Below, piece after piece: positions 1 through 9,800 of a stretch of 64,000 nt of DNA. Both the position numbers and the translations under genes were made by a program. The stretch is from the NCBI GenBank assembly GCA_963765675.1, contig CAVXXK010000001.1:1-64000 (forward strand). Direction: 5' to 3'. This stretch comes from an uncultured delta proteobacterium. GTDB lineage: Bacteria; Desulfobacterota; Binatia; Binatales; Binataceae. Within the stretch, counting starts at the first letter, position 1, and every line of letters starts with the position of its first letter. The notes beneath the pieces were generated by a model, which ran no database searches, was not told the origin of the DNA, and saw nothing but the letters and a program-made list of their open reading frames with translations.

Positions 1-2191
1 CAACTGCTCGACCGTCTTCGGTGCGCACCGTGAGACGGTTAGGATCCGAGTCTGTCCTCTCGACTCGTGCGTAAGTGCCCTTGGCGAGCCCAAGACGACG
101 GCTGCCACGGCGGTAGCTAATCACGTTGCCAACTTCGTAACTCTGAGCGCGCAGTCGCTGCGCGGCGGTGAGGTTGCGGTTGACGAAGATGAGCTGCTCT
201 TTCCCTTCGGCAGCGACATGGGAGCGCTGCTTCAGGAGCTCGCGAATCGCTGAGTTGAGTTGCCGGCGCTCGTCGTTGGCCGGACTAACGACCAATACCC
301 GCTCCCGGGCCTCGTGCGCGGCCACATATTCCTGTGCGATGGATTTATATCGCGCATCAGGATTGTCGATCTGGCGGATGCGGTCATGCTGCTCGATAAG
401 CGCGAGCGCGCGATCGATCTCTCCTTTGGCCGCAAGCTCAACTGCTTCGCGAAGGATAGGATCGCGCTGGCGGCGAATCGTGTCCAGCCGCGCTACCGGC
501 ATACCGGCCTGCTGCATCTGGTGGATGGGCCGTCCCGCCTCGATCGCATGGTGCTGATGCTGGTCGCCGACGAAGACGATCCGCTCCACGCCCGCCTCGC
601 GGGCCTGATGGAGGAGGCGGTTGACCTGGCGCGTCGCGAGCAGGCTCGACTCATCGACGATCCATAGTACCTGACGGCCAGAGGAGATTTTATTTTCAAT
701 CAGACTTGCCACTGTCCGGGACTCGACTCCGGCTTCGGATAACGCCTTGACCGCGCGCGTGGTCGGAGCAAAACCGCGTACGGCGTAGCCATGTTCGTTG
801 GCGAACTCGCGGATCGCTCCAACCGTGGTGGTCTTCGCACTGCCGGCGCGGCCTTCGATGGAGGTGAGCCAGTCGCGCGTCGTGAGGATAAGCTGCGCCA
901 CTTCGATTTGATCGGCGAGTAATCCTCGGTCCGTCGCCCATCGGCGAATCTCTGCGGCGTTCGCGACCGGCGGGTTTTGGCCTCGCCCTGCACGCATGAG
1001 GTCGAGGTTATCGCGCTCGAGGACTACCATCTCGGGCGTCGTGAAGGTGCCGTTGGGTGAAGCGATGGAAGCGTCCAGGACGATCAACGCGCGGCGTTCT
1101 TCCCAAGCGGTGCTCTCGCGTCGCAACTGGTCCAGATCGATGGCTCCCATCGCGTGCTGGAGGGCGGTTGCTTCGAGCGCGCGGCGGTCGATAACGGCCT
1201 CACGCTCGGTGCTGTGAGCCACGGCGAGGCGAAGCGCTTCCTCGATCCTTGCCTGCGTGGGGACCTGAACTTCAGCTTGGGTGCGGTAGTGGTCCTCGAA
1301 GCGGATGCCGTAGTCTCTCGCGCGCACGCACCACTCCTCGCGAAGCTCAGTCTCATTGCGCCGTTGCTTTGAGAGCCGGCTCTGATGCGCGATATTCTGC
1401 GCTGCGGCCGCCCCGCTAAGGCCGTTTTGGGCGAGCGCCTGCTCGATATCCCGGCGACGGCGCGAGAATGCCATCACCTGCTCGCGGGTGTAGCCCTCGA
1501 GCTCCCAGCGTCCGTCGGCGCCGGTAACGGTAATGCCGTAGCCAAGCGAACGTACTTCGCGCGCCAGCTCGGAGCGATACACCGCACTGGCGAAGCTCTG
1601 TGAGCGATAGATCTCGACCGGGTCGAGCCCACGCCATGCGCCGTCCGGCCGGCGGGTCATGTTGGCGATGACGACGTGGGTGTGGAGATGCGGATCGGGG
1701 CCGGTGCCGTCATCTGCGCCTTTGGCGGGGCGTGCCGCGATATGGTCGAAACGCGCGGCAACGATGTTCCGAGTAAGCACCCATTCGCTGCCACCCTTCT
1801 GACGCGACAACGCGTAATGCTCCAGCTCCGTCAGCGCGGTGCTGACCGCGCGGCGATGCGCATCGGTCAACTCGGCGTTTCCACCCGCCAGCGCCTGAAT
1901 GCTGACCGATTTGGGCGCGTTGAAAGTCGCGTCCCATGCTGCGCGACGTTCAGTTCGTCCGTTGGCGTTGCGGACGAGAACTTCAGTGGTGCCCGGCCGT
2001 TGGCTGCGAAGTATCGCGCGAAAATCCTCGGGAGCGACTTCACCGGAGAGCCCCAGCGCGTCGGCGCCCTGCCCGAACCATTGCCCGGCGACTCGATGCA
2101 CTTCGGTATAGTAATCGTCCTGGGAGTATTTCTCTTCGTAATAGGTCTCGGCCTGACCGGCGCTGAGCGCCCCTCTCGACATGACCAGCAT
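1..2191 (-). CDS. mobF: MOBF (TrwC/TraI-like) relaxase-helicase, 3' part beyond window edge
   Basis: Manual translation (not in ORF track): MLVMSRGALSAGQAETYYEEKYSQDDYYTE with the YY/DDYY tyrosines, HUH motif PDPHLHTHVVIAN, Walker A GRAGSAKTT in frame with the start, Walker B LWIVDESS. Confidence 0.93.
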   Translation of the reverse strand, partial: MLVMSRGALSAGQAETYYEEKYSQDDYYTEVHRVAGQWFGQGADALGLSGEVAPEDFRAILRSQRPGTTEVLVRNANGRTERRAAWDATFNAPKSVSIQALAGGNAELTDAHRRAVSTALTELEHYALSRQKGGSEWVLTRNIVAARFDHIAARPAKGADDGTGPDPHLHTHVVIANMTRRPDGAWRGLDPVEIYRSQSFASAVYRSELAREVRSLGYGITVTGADGRWELEGYTREQVMAFSRRRRDIEQALAQNGLSGAAAAQNIAHQSRLSKQRRNETELREEWCVRARDYGIRFEDHYRTQAEVQVPTQARIEEALRLAVAHSTEREAVIDRRALEATALQHAMGAIDLDQLRRESTAWEERRALIVLDASIASPNGTFTTPEMVVLERDNLDLMRAGRGQNPPVANAAEIRRWATDRGLLADQIEVAQLILTTRDWLTSIEGRAGSAKTTTVGAIREFANEHGYAVRGFAPTTRAVKALSEAGVESRTVASLIENKISSGRQVLWIVDESSLLATRQVNRLLHQAREAGVERIVFVGDQHQHHAIEAGRPIHQMQQAGMPVARLDTIRRQRDPILREAVELAAKGEIDRALALIEQHDRIRQIDNPDARYKSIAQEYVAAHEARERVLVVSPANDERRQLNSAIRELLKQRSHVAAEGKEQLIFVNRNLTAAQRLRAQSYEVGNVISYRRGSRRLGLAKGTYARVERTDSDPNRLTVRTEDGRAV

Positions 2192-2194
2192 GGC

Positions 2195-4006
2195 TCATGC
2201 CCTCAATCTGCGCGGAGAACGCGGCGGTAATATGTCGCCGCTTCCCGGCGGGACAAGGGCCGGCTCGCTGCTGATGTTTGGCGAGTCCGGCGGCAAGCCG
2301 GCGGGTTCCGTGCGACAGATGAACCCCGGATGACGCCTCAGCGGCGCGAGATATGGAATCATGACCTTCGCGCGACGGTAGCCGGTGATGCAGAGATAAC
2401 CCTCGAACGGACGCAGCATCTGGATCTCGCTTGCGAGCGCGACGCTCTCGACCTGCCGATGCGGATGGATGGTGAAGCCGTCGCGAGACTCGCCCATCCG
2501 GGTGCTCTGACCGACCAGACTTCGGCTGACTTCACGCTCGCCGATCTGCGCACTTGACCAGCGCGCGGTCTCGGCTTCGCCGGTGCGCAGGATCAGCTTG
2601 GTGGCGGGAGCGGCTGCCAGAGTTGCGGTCTGGTCGTGGCCGTAGATGGCGCGAAGCTGGGTGATCGCCTGAAGGCCAAGCACTGCGCAAAACCCGCGCT
2701 TGCGTCCGCGCACCACCAGCGTCTCGAGTTCAGCCTGGCGGCGGAGTACGGGCAGCTCGTCGGCGATGATCCAGACTTTACCGCGTTTTCCGTCGTCGGC
2801 CATCAGGCGGCGCACGATGCAATCGAGCCAAACGCTCTGGAGCGGCAGCGCCGCATCGCGCGAGTCCTCGGTCGAGCTGAGAAACAGCCAGCCCTCACGG
2901 GTTCGCGCCCATTCGAGAGCGCTCCAGGCCTGCGCGGCGGATCGCGGAAGATGGCGAAACGAACTGGTCGCGTTGAACGCCGTCGCGACGATTCCGGCGC
3001 CCTGCTCGTGCGCGCCCGGATCAATGAGGACCTCGGCGGGAGTCCCTCGGAGCGCTTGCTTCAGCTTGGCGCGCGGTAGCGCGAGGAGCTTCGGAAGCTC
3101 GCGCGGCTCTTTGAACTGAGCCGCGTCCAGCAGGCCGACGATGAGCGTGCGCGCCGACTGCCGGAAGAAGAAGTCGGCGCCGCCCTGACTGAAGGTGTTT
3201 GCCGGGTCAGGGACCAGCGCCGAGGCTAGCGCCTCGGCGTCCATCGCCTCACTTCCGGGTCTCAACTCCGACCACGGCGTCCACGCCGGGCAGCGGGTAT
3301 CGAGCGGGTTGAGGATCATATCGCCGCGCTCGGGCCGGAAGAACTCGGGCAGATACTCGCATTCGGGATCGAGCACGACCGCGGACTCGCCGCGCGCTTC
3401 GATCTGCCGGAGCATTCGCCGGATGGCAGTGGACTTGCCCGAGCCGGGCGCGCCGACCAACAGAAAGTGTTGCGACTCCAGTCCGCGGGGGATCAAGACA
3501 CCGCCGAGTTCGAGGCCGTCGCCGCTTAAGTCCCGGCGCAACCGCCGGCTCGGGATCACGTCGGTCCCGCGCACGTGCTCGTCCTCATCTCCTCCGCCAC
3601 GAGGCGGGAAGATGATCAGGAGGCAGGCTCCGATTATCAGAGCGGTGATGACCGCTCCCCAAAGTGCGTAATGCCAGAACCAGCCCGCGAACGAGGCTCC
3701 GAGGTAGTACCTGCGGTTGAGGAAGTCGTAAATGCTGGCGATGGTGTAGCGCTGGCCATGGTACGGCAGTGACGCGAACGTCAGTGGAATCTCCTGGGTT
3801 AGAAACCACGCCAGGAACCATCTCACGAAGTACTGGTGCGCCGCGGTCCCGCCGTAGTGGCCGGTCCAGTACCAGACCAGCGCAACCGTCAAAAGCACCC
3901 AAAGAAGCACGATGAGGAGCACCGCGCGGAGCGCCGTTTGCGCCCAGACGTGCAGCGATGCGAAGTCGGCGCGCCGTCTGACCGCCCGATCCACGTATGC
4001 GTTCAT
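2195..4006 (-). CDS. Type IV coupling protein (TrwB/TraD-like)
   Basis: Two N-terminal TM segments, Walker A GAPGSGKS, Walker B IIADELP, LGLQAITQLRAIYG; start MNAYV overlaps upstream stop (ATGA). Confidence 0.92.
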   Translation of the reverse strand: MNAYVDRAVRRRADFASLHVWAQTALRAVLLIVLLWVLLTVALVWYWTGHYGGTAAHQYFVRWFLAWFLTQEIPLTFASLPYHGQRYTIASIYDFLNRRYYLGASFAGWFWHYALWGAVITALIIGACLLIIFPPRGGGDEDEHVRGTDVIPSRRLRRDLSGDGLELGGVLIPRGLESQHFLLVGAPGSGKSTAIRRMLRQIEARGESAVVLDPECEYLPEFFRPERGDMILNPLDTRCPAWTPWSELRPGSEAMDAEALASALVPDPANTFSQGGADFFFRQSARTLIVGLLDAAQFKEPRELPKLLALPRAKLKQALRGTPAEVLIDPGAHEQGAGIVATAFNATSSFRHLPRSAAQAWSALEWARTREGWLFLSSTEDSRDAALPLQSVWLDCIVRRLMADDGKRGKVWIIADELPVLRRQAELETLVVRGRKRGFCAVLGLQAITQLRAIYGHDQTATLAAAPATKLILRTGEAETARWSSAQIGEREVSRSLVGQSTRMGESRDGFTIHPHRQVESVALASEIQMLRPFEGYLCITGYRRAKVMIPYLAPLRRHPGFICRTEPAGLPPDSPNISSEPALVPPGSGDILPPRSPRRLRA

Positions 4007-4383
4007 TGCCTGGCACCTCCGTCGCCTCCGAGACGATCGATGTAGTCGCGTGCGGTCTTCTCCGACGCTTCGATGATCTCGTCCACCGCTTGCTCGCTCA
4101 GGCTCTGGTCGAGCGCATGCAGGAACGCCGAGCGAGTCTTCACCACCTCGAATAACAGCCGCGTATATCTCTCCACCGCGTTCTGTTCGAGCCGCTCGCA
4201 GGCTTTGCTGAGTGCGGCGGAGCCGCAAACTGCTGTTTCGGCGATGTGCATGTACGTATCGACGACCAGCGACTGAATCAGCGTGGTCGGCGAGATGTTT
4301 GAACTCGCCGCCTGCTTTTCGATTCGTGCGGCTACCGTCTCCGGAAGCCTGATCGTGTAGGTTCTCTTGCTCTCGTGGCTCAT
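4003..4383 (-). CDS. Ribbon-helix-helix relaxosome accessory protein (TrwA-like position)
   Basis: MSHESKRTYTIRLPETVAARIEKQAA..TTLIQSLV strand-helix-helix pattern; sits upstream of T4CP and relaxase as in trwABC. Confidence 0.7.
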   Translation of the reverse strand: MSHESKRTYTIRLPETVAARIEKQAASSNISPTTLIQSLVVDTYMHIAETAVCGSAALSKACERLEQNAVERYTRLLFEVVKTRSAFLHALDQSLSEQAVDEIIEASEKTARDYIDRLGGDGGARQ

Positions 4384-4399
4384 CTGACTGGACCTCTGC

Positions 4400-4600
4400 A
4401 CTGCAAGCACGTGTTTACAGTGGAAAATCAAGGGTTTGGGTGATCCGCTGATTCGCTCCCGTTTCTTGTACACGTCGCGAAGCACGCGTTTGCGCTGAAA
4501 GATTGAGGGCTTATCTCAATTGCCGTACTCGTTGCTGCAAGCAGGCTTCATTCGCGAATGAGTGACGTGTCAATCCCCAACACGTGCGAAGCACGTCTGC
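4400..4600. other. Candidate origin of transfer (oriT)
   Basis: Non-coding stretch upstream of RHH-T4CP-relaxase with repeated AAGCACG motifs, hairpin ACGTGC-GAA-GCACGT (4582-4596), IR ATTGAG..CTCAAT (4502-4520) and palindrome CATTCGCGAATG (4549-4560). Confidence 0.5.
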
Positions 4601-4621
4601 GACCTAGCCACCGCTGACGAG

Positions 4622-4894
4622 TCAGCCTTGTGACTTAGCGTTGCCGTTGGACGAAGGCGAAGCGGGGCGGCGCTGATGATTGCCGACGCTGGAACGTGAC
4701 CAAGCTTGAAACTCACGGTCAGCTTGCAGAAAAGCGGCGAGAATCTCCGGAATGAGCGCCTTCGACTCCACCGCGTCGCCGTGAACGTGCTCGTAGTAGC
4801 GCGCGTAACTTTCGATGGCGGCATTCAGGTCGCCCGCCAGCGTCACGCGTACCTGCAGGGACCGAAGCGGCTTTGCGATGCGTGCGAGTTTCAT
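4622..4894 (-). CDS. DUF2274-like protein (usually follows trbI in ICE transfer regions)
   Basis: MKLARI..VTLAGDLNAAIESYARYY..LIPEILAAFLQADREF pattern; GGAGG RBS. Confidence 0.7.
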   Translation of the reverse strand: MKLARIAKPLRSLQVRVTLAGDLNAAIESYARYYEHVHGDAVESKALIPEILAAFLQADREFQAWSRSSVGNHQRRPASPSSNGNAKSQG

Positions 4895-4931
4895 ATCGGA
4901 CCTCCGTTAATGGTTACTTGGAAGCGACTGC

Positions 4932-5261
4932 TCAGAACGGAAAGAGGAAGGTCATGAACTGGACAGCAATCAGCGCAGCGAAAGCTACGAGTCCACCAGC
5001 CAGCAGGCGCCCTGCTCGCGGGTAGCTGCCGATCGCGTACAGAATCGCCGACAAGGCGAAGTTCAGCATTATTACGGCGTGAGCCACGGGACCGACCAAG
5101 ATGTCCTGAATCGCGCCAAGCGTCTGATCCCACGGCATGGCGCCGGCGTATTGCGAAGCCCACGATGGCTCGGCTAGAAGCGCAAACAGCGCGGCGGCGC
5201 AGGCGACGATGAGCCATCTGAGGTTCAATTCCGGCACTTGCGTTATTGCGGTTGGGATCAT
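4932..5261 (-). CDS. trbC: TrbC/VirB2 family conjugal pilin
   Basis: Signal-like N-terminus, then GAMPWDQTLGAIQDILVGPVA motif and two hydrophobic helices. Confidence 0.8.
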   Translation of the reverse strand: MIPTAITQVPELNLRWLIVACAAALFALLAEPSWASQYAGAMPWDQTLGAIQDILVGPVAHAVIMLNFALSAILYAIGSYPRAGRLLAGGLVAFAALIAVQFMTFLFPF

Positions 5262-5291
5262 GGATAACTGCCCCTCTCGTGGCTAGGTGAC

Positions 5292-5328
5292 TAATTCGCT
5301 ATGTAGCGAGTTACCGGACGAGTGTCAA
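5292..5328 (-). promoter_or_regulatory. Promoter/operator of the transfer genes
   Basis: TTGACA on minus strand (5328-5323) next to inverted repeat TAATTCGCTA-TG-TAGCGAGTTA (5292-5313). Confidence 0.55.
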
Positions 5329-5374
5329 GCGTGAAGATCGGTCTGCGCGAAACGGTCGGGGGCTTGTGGGCGGG

Positions 5375-6040
5375 CTACTCTGTCAGATAGCCGAGCTGCT
5401 TGAGCCGCACGGTGGCGGCCTCGACCGATACATCGAACGCAAGCGAAATACGTTGGCCGAGCGCTGACGCTTCGGACGAGTCCTTGGCAACCGGCGGACG
5501 CTCGGAGCGATTCTGGAAATACGCTTCGACCGTGCGCAGCGCGAAGCTCTCCGGCATCAGCAACGCCCCGGAGGCGTAACCCGCCTGCCATTCGAACCAG
5601 TCCACGACCGCGCTGGTCGGAAGCAGACTCTGCCAGTAACAGCGGTCGGGACCGCGGGCAGCGCCGTACTTGTCGTACAGCCAGGTGTGGAGCATTACGT
5701 GGCCATATTCGTGGGTCAAAGTCGTGCGCAACCGATTGTTGCGATGCCGTTGCTCCCACAGTTCCCGAGCAATTGTCACCACCGGCTTTTGGCCGCGCTC
5801 GAATTGAGTGAAACCAAAGACCTCGTGAATGTCATCGGAAAGATTCGCCGCCAGGTCGAGATCGGCGGCGTCACGCTCGATTAACATTGTGACCGCCTCG
5901 GTCGGGACCGGGATGCGTTCAAACCCGAAGCGCTGGCGCAGAAACGAGGTCATCGTTTCCTCGCACATCTGCTCAAGCTCGCCGATCTCCCAGTGCGGAC
6001 GCTCCGGGAAGCGCCCGGTCCTGTCCGGTATCATCTTCAC
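5375..6040 (-). CDS. ImmA/IrrE family metallopeptidase (anti-repressor)
   Basis: RTTLTHEYGH zinc motif and EWQAGYASGALLMP; downstream of an XRE HTH gene. Confidence 0.88.
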   Translation of the reverse strand: MKMIPDRTGRFPERPHWEIGELEQMCEETMTSFLRQRFGFERIPVPTEAVTMLIERDAADLDLAANLSDDIHEVFGFTQFERGQKPVVTIARELWEQRHRNNRLRTTLTHEYGHVMLHTWLYDKYGAARGPDRCYWQSLLPTSAVVDWFEWQAGYASGALLMPESFALRTVEAYFQNRSERPPVAKDSSEASALGQRISLAFDVSVEAATVRLKQLGYLTE

Positions 6041-6050
6041 GGCTTGTTCT

Positions 6051-6374
6051 TCACCGCTTCTTCCTTCGCTTTACTTCTCGCCGGAACGCCTTCCAGCCCG
6101 CGGCGAGCTCCTGCGCACTGTTGACGGTGGTCGCGCTGAGGTCGGCTGGAAACCGCCCTGCCAGAAAGTAGAGCACATCCGAGTCGACCTTGAGAACCTT
6201 GGCCAGTTGTACAAGGACTTCGTCGGAAGGCTTGCGCCGATCGTGTTCAAGGTCAACCAGGAACGGAATCGAGATCGGCTTGCCATCGGAGTTGCGCACC
6301 TCCGCCACCACCTCGCGCCCCGCCAGCCCCAGCTCCTTGCGTCGCCCAACGATGAACTGCCCCAGTGTCTGCAT
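6051..6374 (-). CDS. XRE-family HTH repressor (ImmR-like)
   Basis: TLGQFIVGRRKELGL..ISIPFLVDLEHDRRKPSDEVLVQLAKVL. Confidence 0.85.
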   Translation of the reverse strand: MQTLGQFIVGRRKELGLAGREVVAEVRNSDGKPISIPFLVDLEHDRRKPSDEVLVQLAKVLKVDSDVLYFLAGRFPADLSATTVNSAQELAAGWKAFRREVKRRKKR

Positions 6375-6848
6375 GAGGAGCTATGTAGCATGATAGGCAA
6401 TAATATAGAACCCTACGACGGCTCCAATACTGTCGGGCCGATTGCCAAAGACCCATTCATTTCCCCCGGGCGTTTAAAGAGAGGCGAGGGCTGATGCCTG
6501 TGTTGCTGTGCAGCAGCGGTCGGCTGACTGGGAGTTTTTCAAATCTCGGGCCGAAGGTAGGCGAGTTCAAACAAAACTATTTCATGATTGCACTTGGCAC
6601 AGTTACGAGAAAGAAATCGAACCGTCGTTTCTCTTCATCTCAACGTCGGAGTGCGTGACCGGAATGTCGCAAGTTTGCACAGCTTATCGATATTCTGCGA
6701 GCTGCGTCCCGCTTCGAGCCGAAGAGCATCTTCCGAGTATTCACAGCCAAGTGTTGACATAGCTCTACATATTGATTAGCCACGGTGCATCGTAGGCGCT
6801 GTTCACGTCGCGAGACGCTCGATGCGCGATCTCGGCCGGGGGGAGGCG

Positions 6849-9800
6849 ATGATCGACAACTTTGGGGAAGTTGCCAGAAAGCGCTTCGGAAAAGGCGCCA
6901 AGCTGGATAAGTCATTCCCGTCCAGCAATTTCCTCCGACATTTCCAGACTCTGTTTGTCGCGGGCGGGGTGCTGATTCTGTCCGCGTTGGCGGGAAGTTC
7001 GACCTCGGCAGCGGCTAAGACGCCAACTCCGACCAAGACACCGACCGCGACCGCAACCAAGACAGCAACTCCAACCAAGACAGCAACTCCAACCAAGACC
7101 AAGACGGCGACTCCAACCAAGACAGCAACTCCAACCAAGACGCCAACTCCAACCAAGACAACGACCTCGACCCCGACGAAGACCGTCACGGCAAGTCCGA
7201 CAGCGACAGCAACCGCTACTCAGACTGCGACGATTACGGCGACCCCGACGTCGACCGTGACAGCCACAGCGACTCCTACTCCAACCGTGACGGCCACGCA
7301 GACAACTACCCAGACTGCGACCCCAACCGCGACACCGACCGCAACTCCCACATCGACACCAACGGCTACCGCAACCGCGACGCCCACTGTAACGGCAACG
7401 CCGGTGTGGCCAATGTTCCTCCACGATCTGACGCACACCGGTCAGAGCACCGTCAATACCAGCGCCAGCAATGCGACTGCGAAATGGCAACTCTCGACCG
7501 GCGACGTTTTTGCGTTCTCCTCCCCGGCGAATTCGTCACCAGCGATCGGCGCCGACCGGACAATTTACGTTGGCTCCAATGATGACCATCTCTACGCAAT
7601 AAACCCAGACGGCAGCCAGAAGTGGGTGTTCACCACCGGCAACGCAGTTTATTCCTCGCCAGCAATCGGGTCCGACGGGACCATTTACGTCGGCTCTGAT
7701 GACGACAACCTCTACGCGTTAACTGATGGCGGTCAAGGAACTGTAACCGAGAAGTGGGCATTCGCAACCGGCGGTAAGGTCGATTCATCGCCGGTGATTG
7801 GGTCCGACGGGACCATTTACGTTGGTTCCGATGACGACAATCTCTATGCGTTAACTGACAATGGCACCAGTGTTATCGAGAAATGGGCGTTTGCAACCAG
7901 CAACGAGGTGGAGTCCTCGCCAGCGATTGGCGCGGATGGCACAATCTACGTCGGCTCTGATGACGACAATCTATATGCGATAACTGACGGCGGTCAGGGC
8001 ACCGTCACGGAGAAGTGGGCGTTCCTAACCGGCGGTGAGGTACAGTCATCGCCAGCGATCGGAGCCGACGGGACTATTTACGTCGGCTCGGATGACGGCA
8101 ATCTCTACGCACTAACTGACGGCGGGCTCGGCACTGTCGCAGAGAAGTGGGCATTCGCAGCTGGCGCTGGCCTGTATTCCTCTCCGGCGGTCGCCGCCAA
8201 CGGTACTATTTACTTCAGCTCCTGGAACAATAACGTTGTTTACGCGATAAATGCCGGCGGTACAGAGAACTGGCAGTTTACATTGATTGGGAGTGCCTCT
8301 TATTCTTCTCCTGCGATTGGCGCCGAGGGCACCATTTATGTCGGCGATTTCTTCGGCGATGTAGTCGCATTAACTGATGGCGGTACTTCAGCCACTCAAA
8401 AGTGGTTCGCAACCGGCGGCGGTGCTCCTCTGGACTCCTCGCCGGCGATCGGTGCAGACGGTACCATTTACGTCGGCAACGAAAACGGTTACCTGTACGC
8501 TCTTGGATCACCTTCCCCGGTCCCGGACCAGCGGGCGGCGAGTTCAATCTATAATTCAGCCGCGACCGCCAACGTCACTCTGAACTTTCCTTCTGGAGTG
8601 GCTGCCTACGATATTTGCATCGCCGCGTTTTCATATAGCGCGACGTCTCTCTCGGTCAGCACAGCTCCCAGCGGCTGGACAGCTATTCGGCAGGACAACA
8701 GCGGCGGCACCAACGGCGCGGTTGACTATCTGTATTGGTACCAGTCCCTAGGCGGCGGCAGCGACCCCGCGTTTACTACTTGGACTCTCAGCGGTTCAAC
8801 GAACACTACCTATGCGGGATGGATTCAGTGCTTCAGTCGCGTCAACACGGAAACACCTATTGATCCGAACAATTCAACCGGTGCCGGCGCCAGCAGCGCC
8901 AGTGCAACCAGCCTTTCCGTTCCAGGGCTTTCGAATCTGGCGCAAAACTACGAAACACTGATCCTAAACTGCGTAGCCAGTGCAGGAACAGGCGCGAATC
9001 CTTGGTCCGGGCCGGGTTCGCCCTATTCTCAACTGGTCGGAGCCGGGAGCGACGGTTCAGGCGTAGTTTCGGGCTCTTCTATCAACGTAATCGGATACGG
9101 AGGCACTGCAAGATCGAATGCAGCGCCAGCGGGCCAGACCTGCACCCAGAACGGCACCGCCGTCGCGATGGTAGGCAGCCAAATTGCCCTAGAACCAGCT
9201 CCGGCCGGTCAGACCCCAACGCCAACCCCGACCGCAACTCCTACTGCCAGCGCGACTGCGACGGCCACGCTGACTGCGACTGCAACTTCGACCTCGACCG
9301 CAACCCCGGCGCCGACAACTATGCCGTCTGCAACGCCCACCCCGTCATCGCCCCTCGCACTCTTCGTTACGAATCTTGCCACGAACGATGTGACATCCTA
9401 TCCGCTGGGCAGTAGCGGGAGCATTGCCCCACTTGTCTCAGGAACCGGACTCTCCGAGCCCTTTGGCATTGCCCGCGACTCAAGCGGCAATCTCTTTGTG
9501 GCCAATGGGGGCTTCAATTCGGTGACCGTTGACGCGTCGAGCGCGAACGGCAACTCCATCCCAATTGCCACCATTGGCGGAACCAACACCGGTCTGGACA
9601 ATCCCACCGGAATCACACTGGATCCACACGGTAACATTTACGTGGCAAATGCGGGCAGCGTTAACGGCAACCCCGACAGCGTTACCGTTTACGCCGCCGG
9701 CAGTAACGGCAATGTCACGCCGATTGCCATTATAACGGGCGCCACCACAGGACTTGCTTACCCCACGGCCATTACACTCGACTCCAGCGGTAATATTTAT

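Noticed and set aside
168-2230. Many short ORFs in the ORF track
   Set aside because: All overlap the relaxase frame, which the track missed because it runs off the window.
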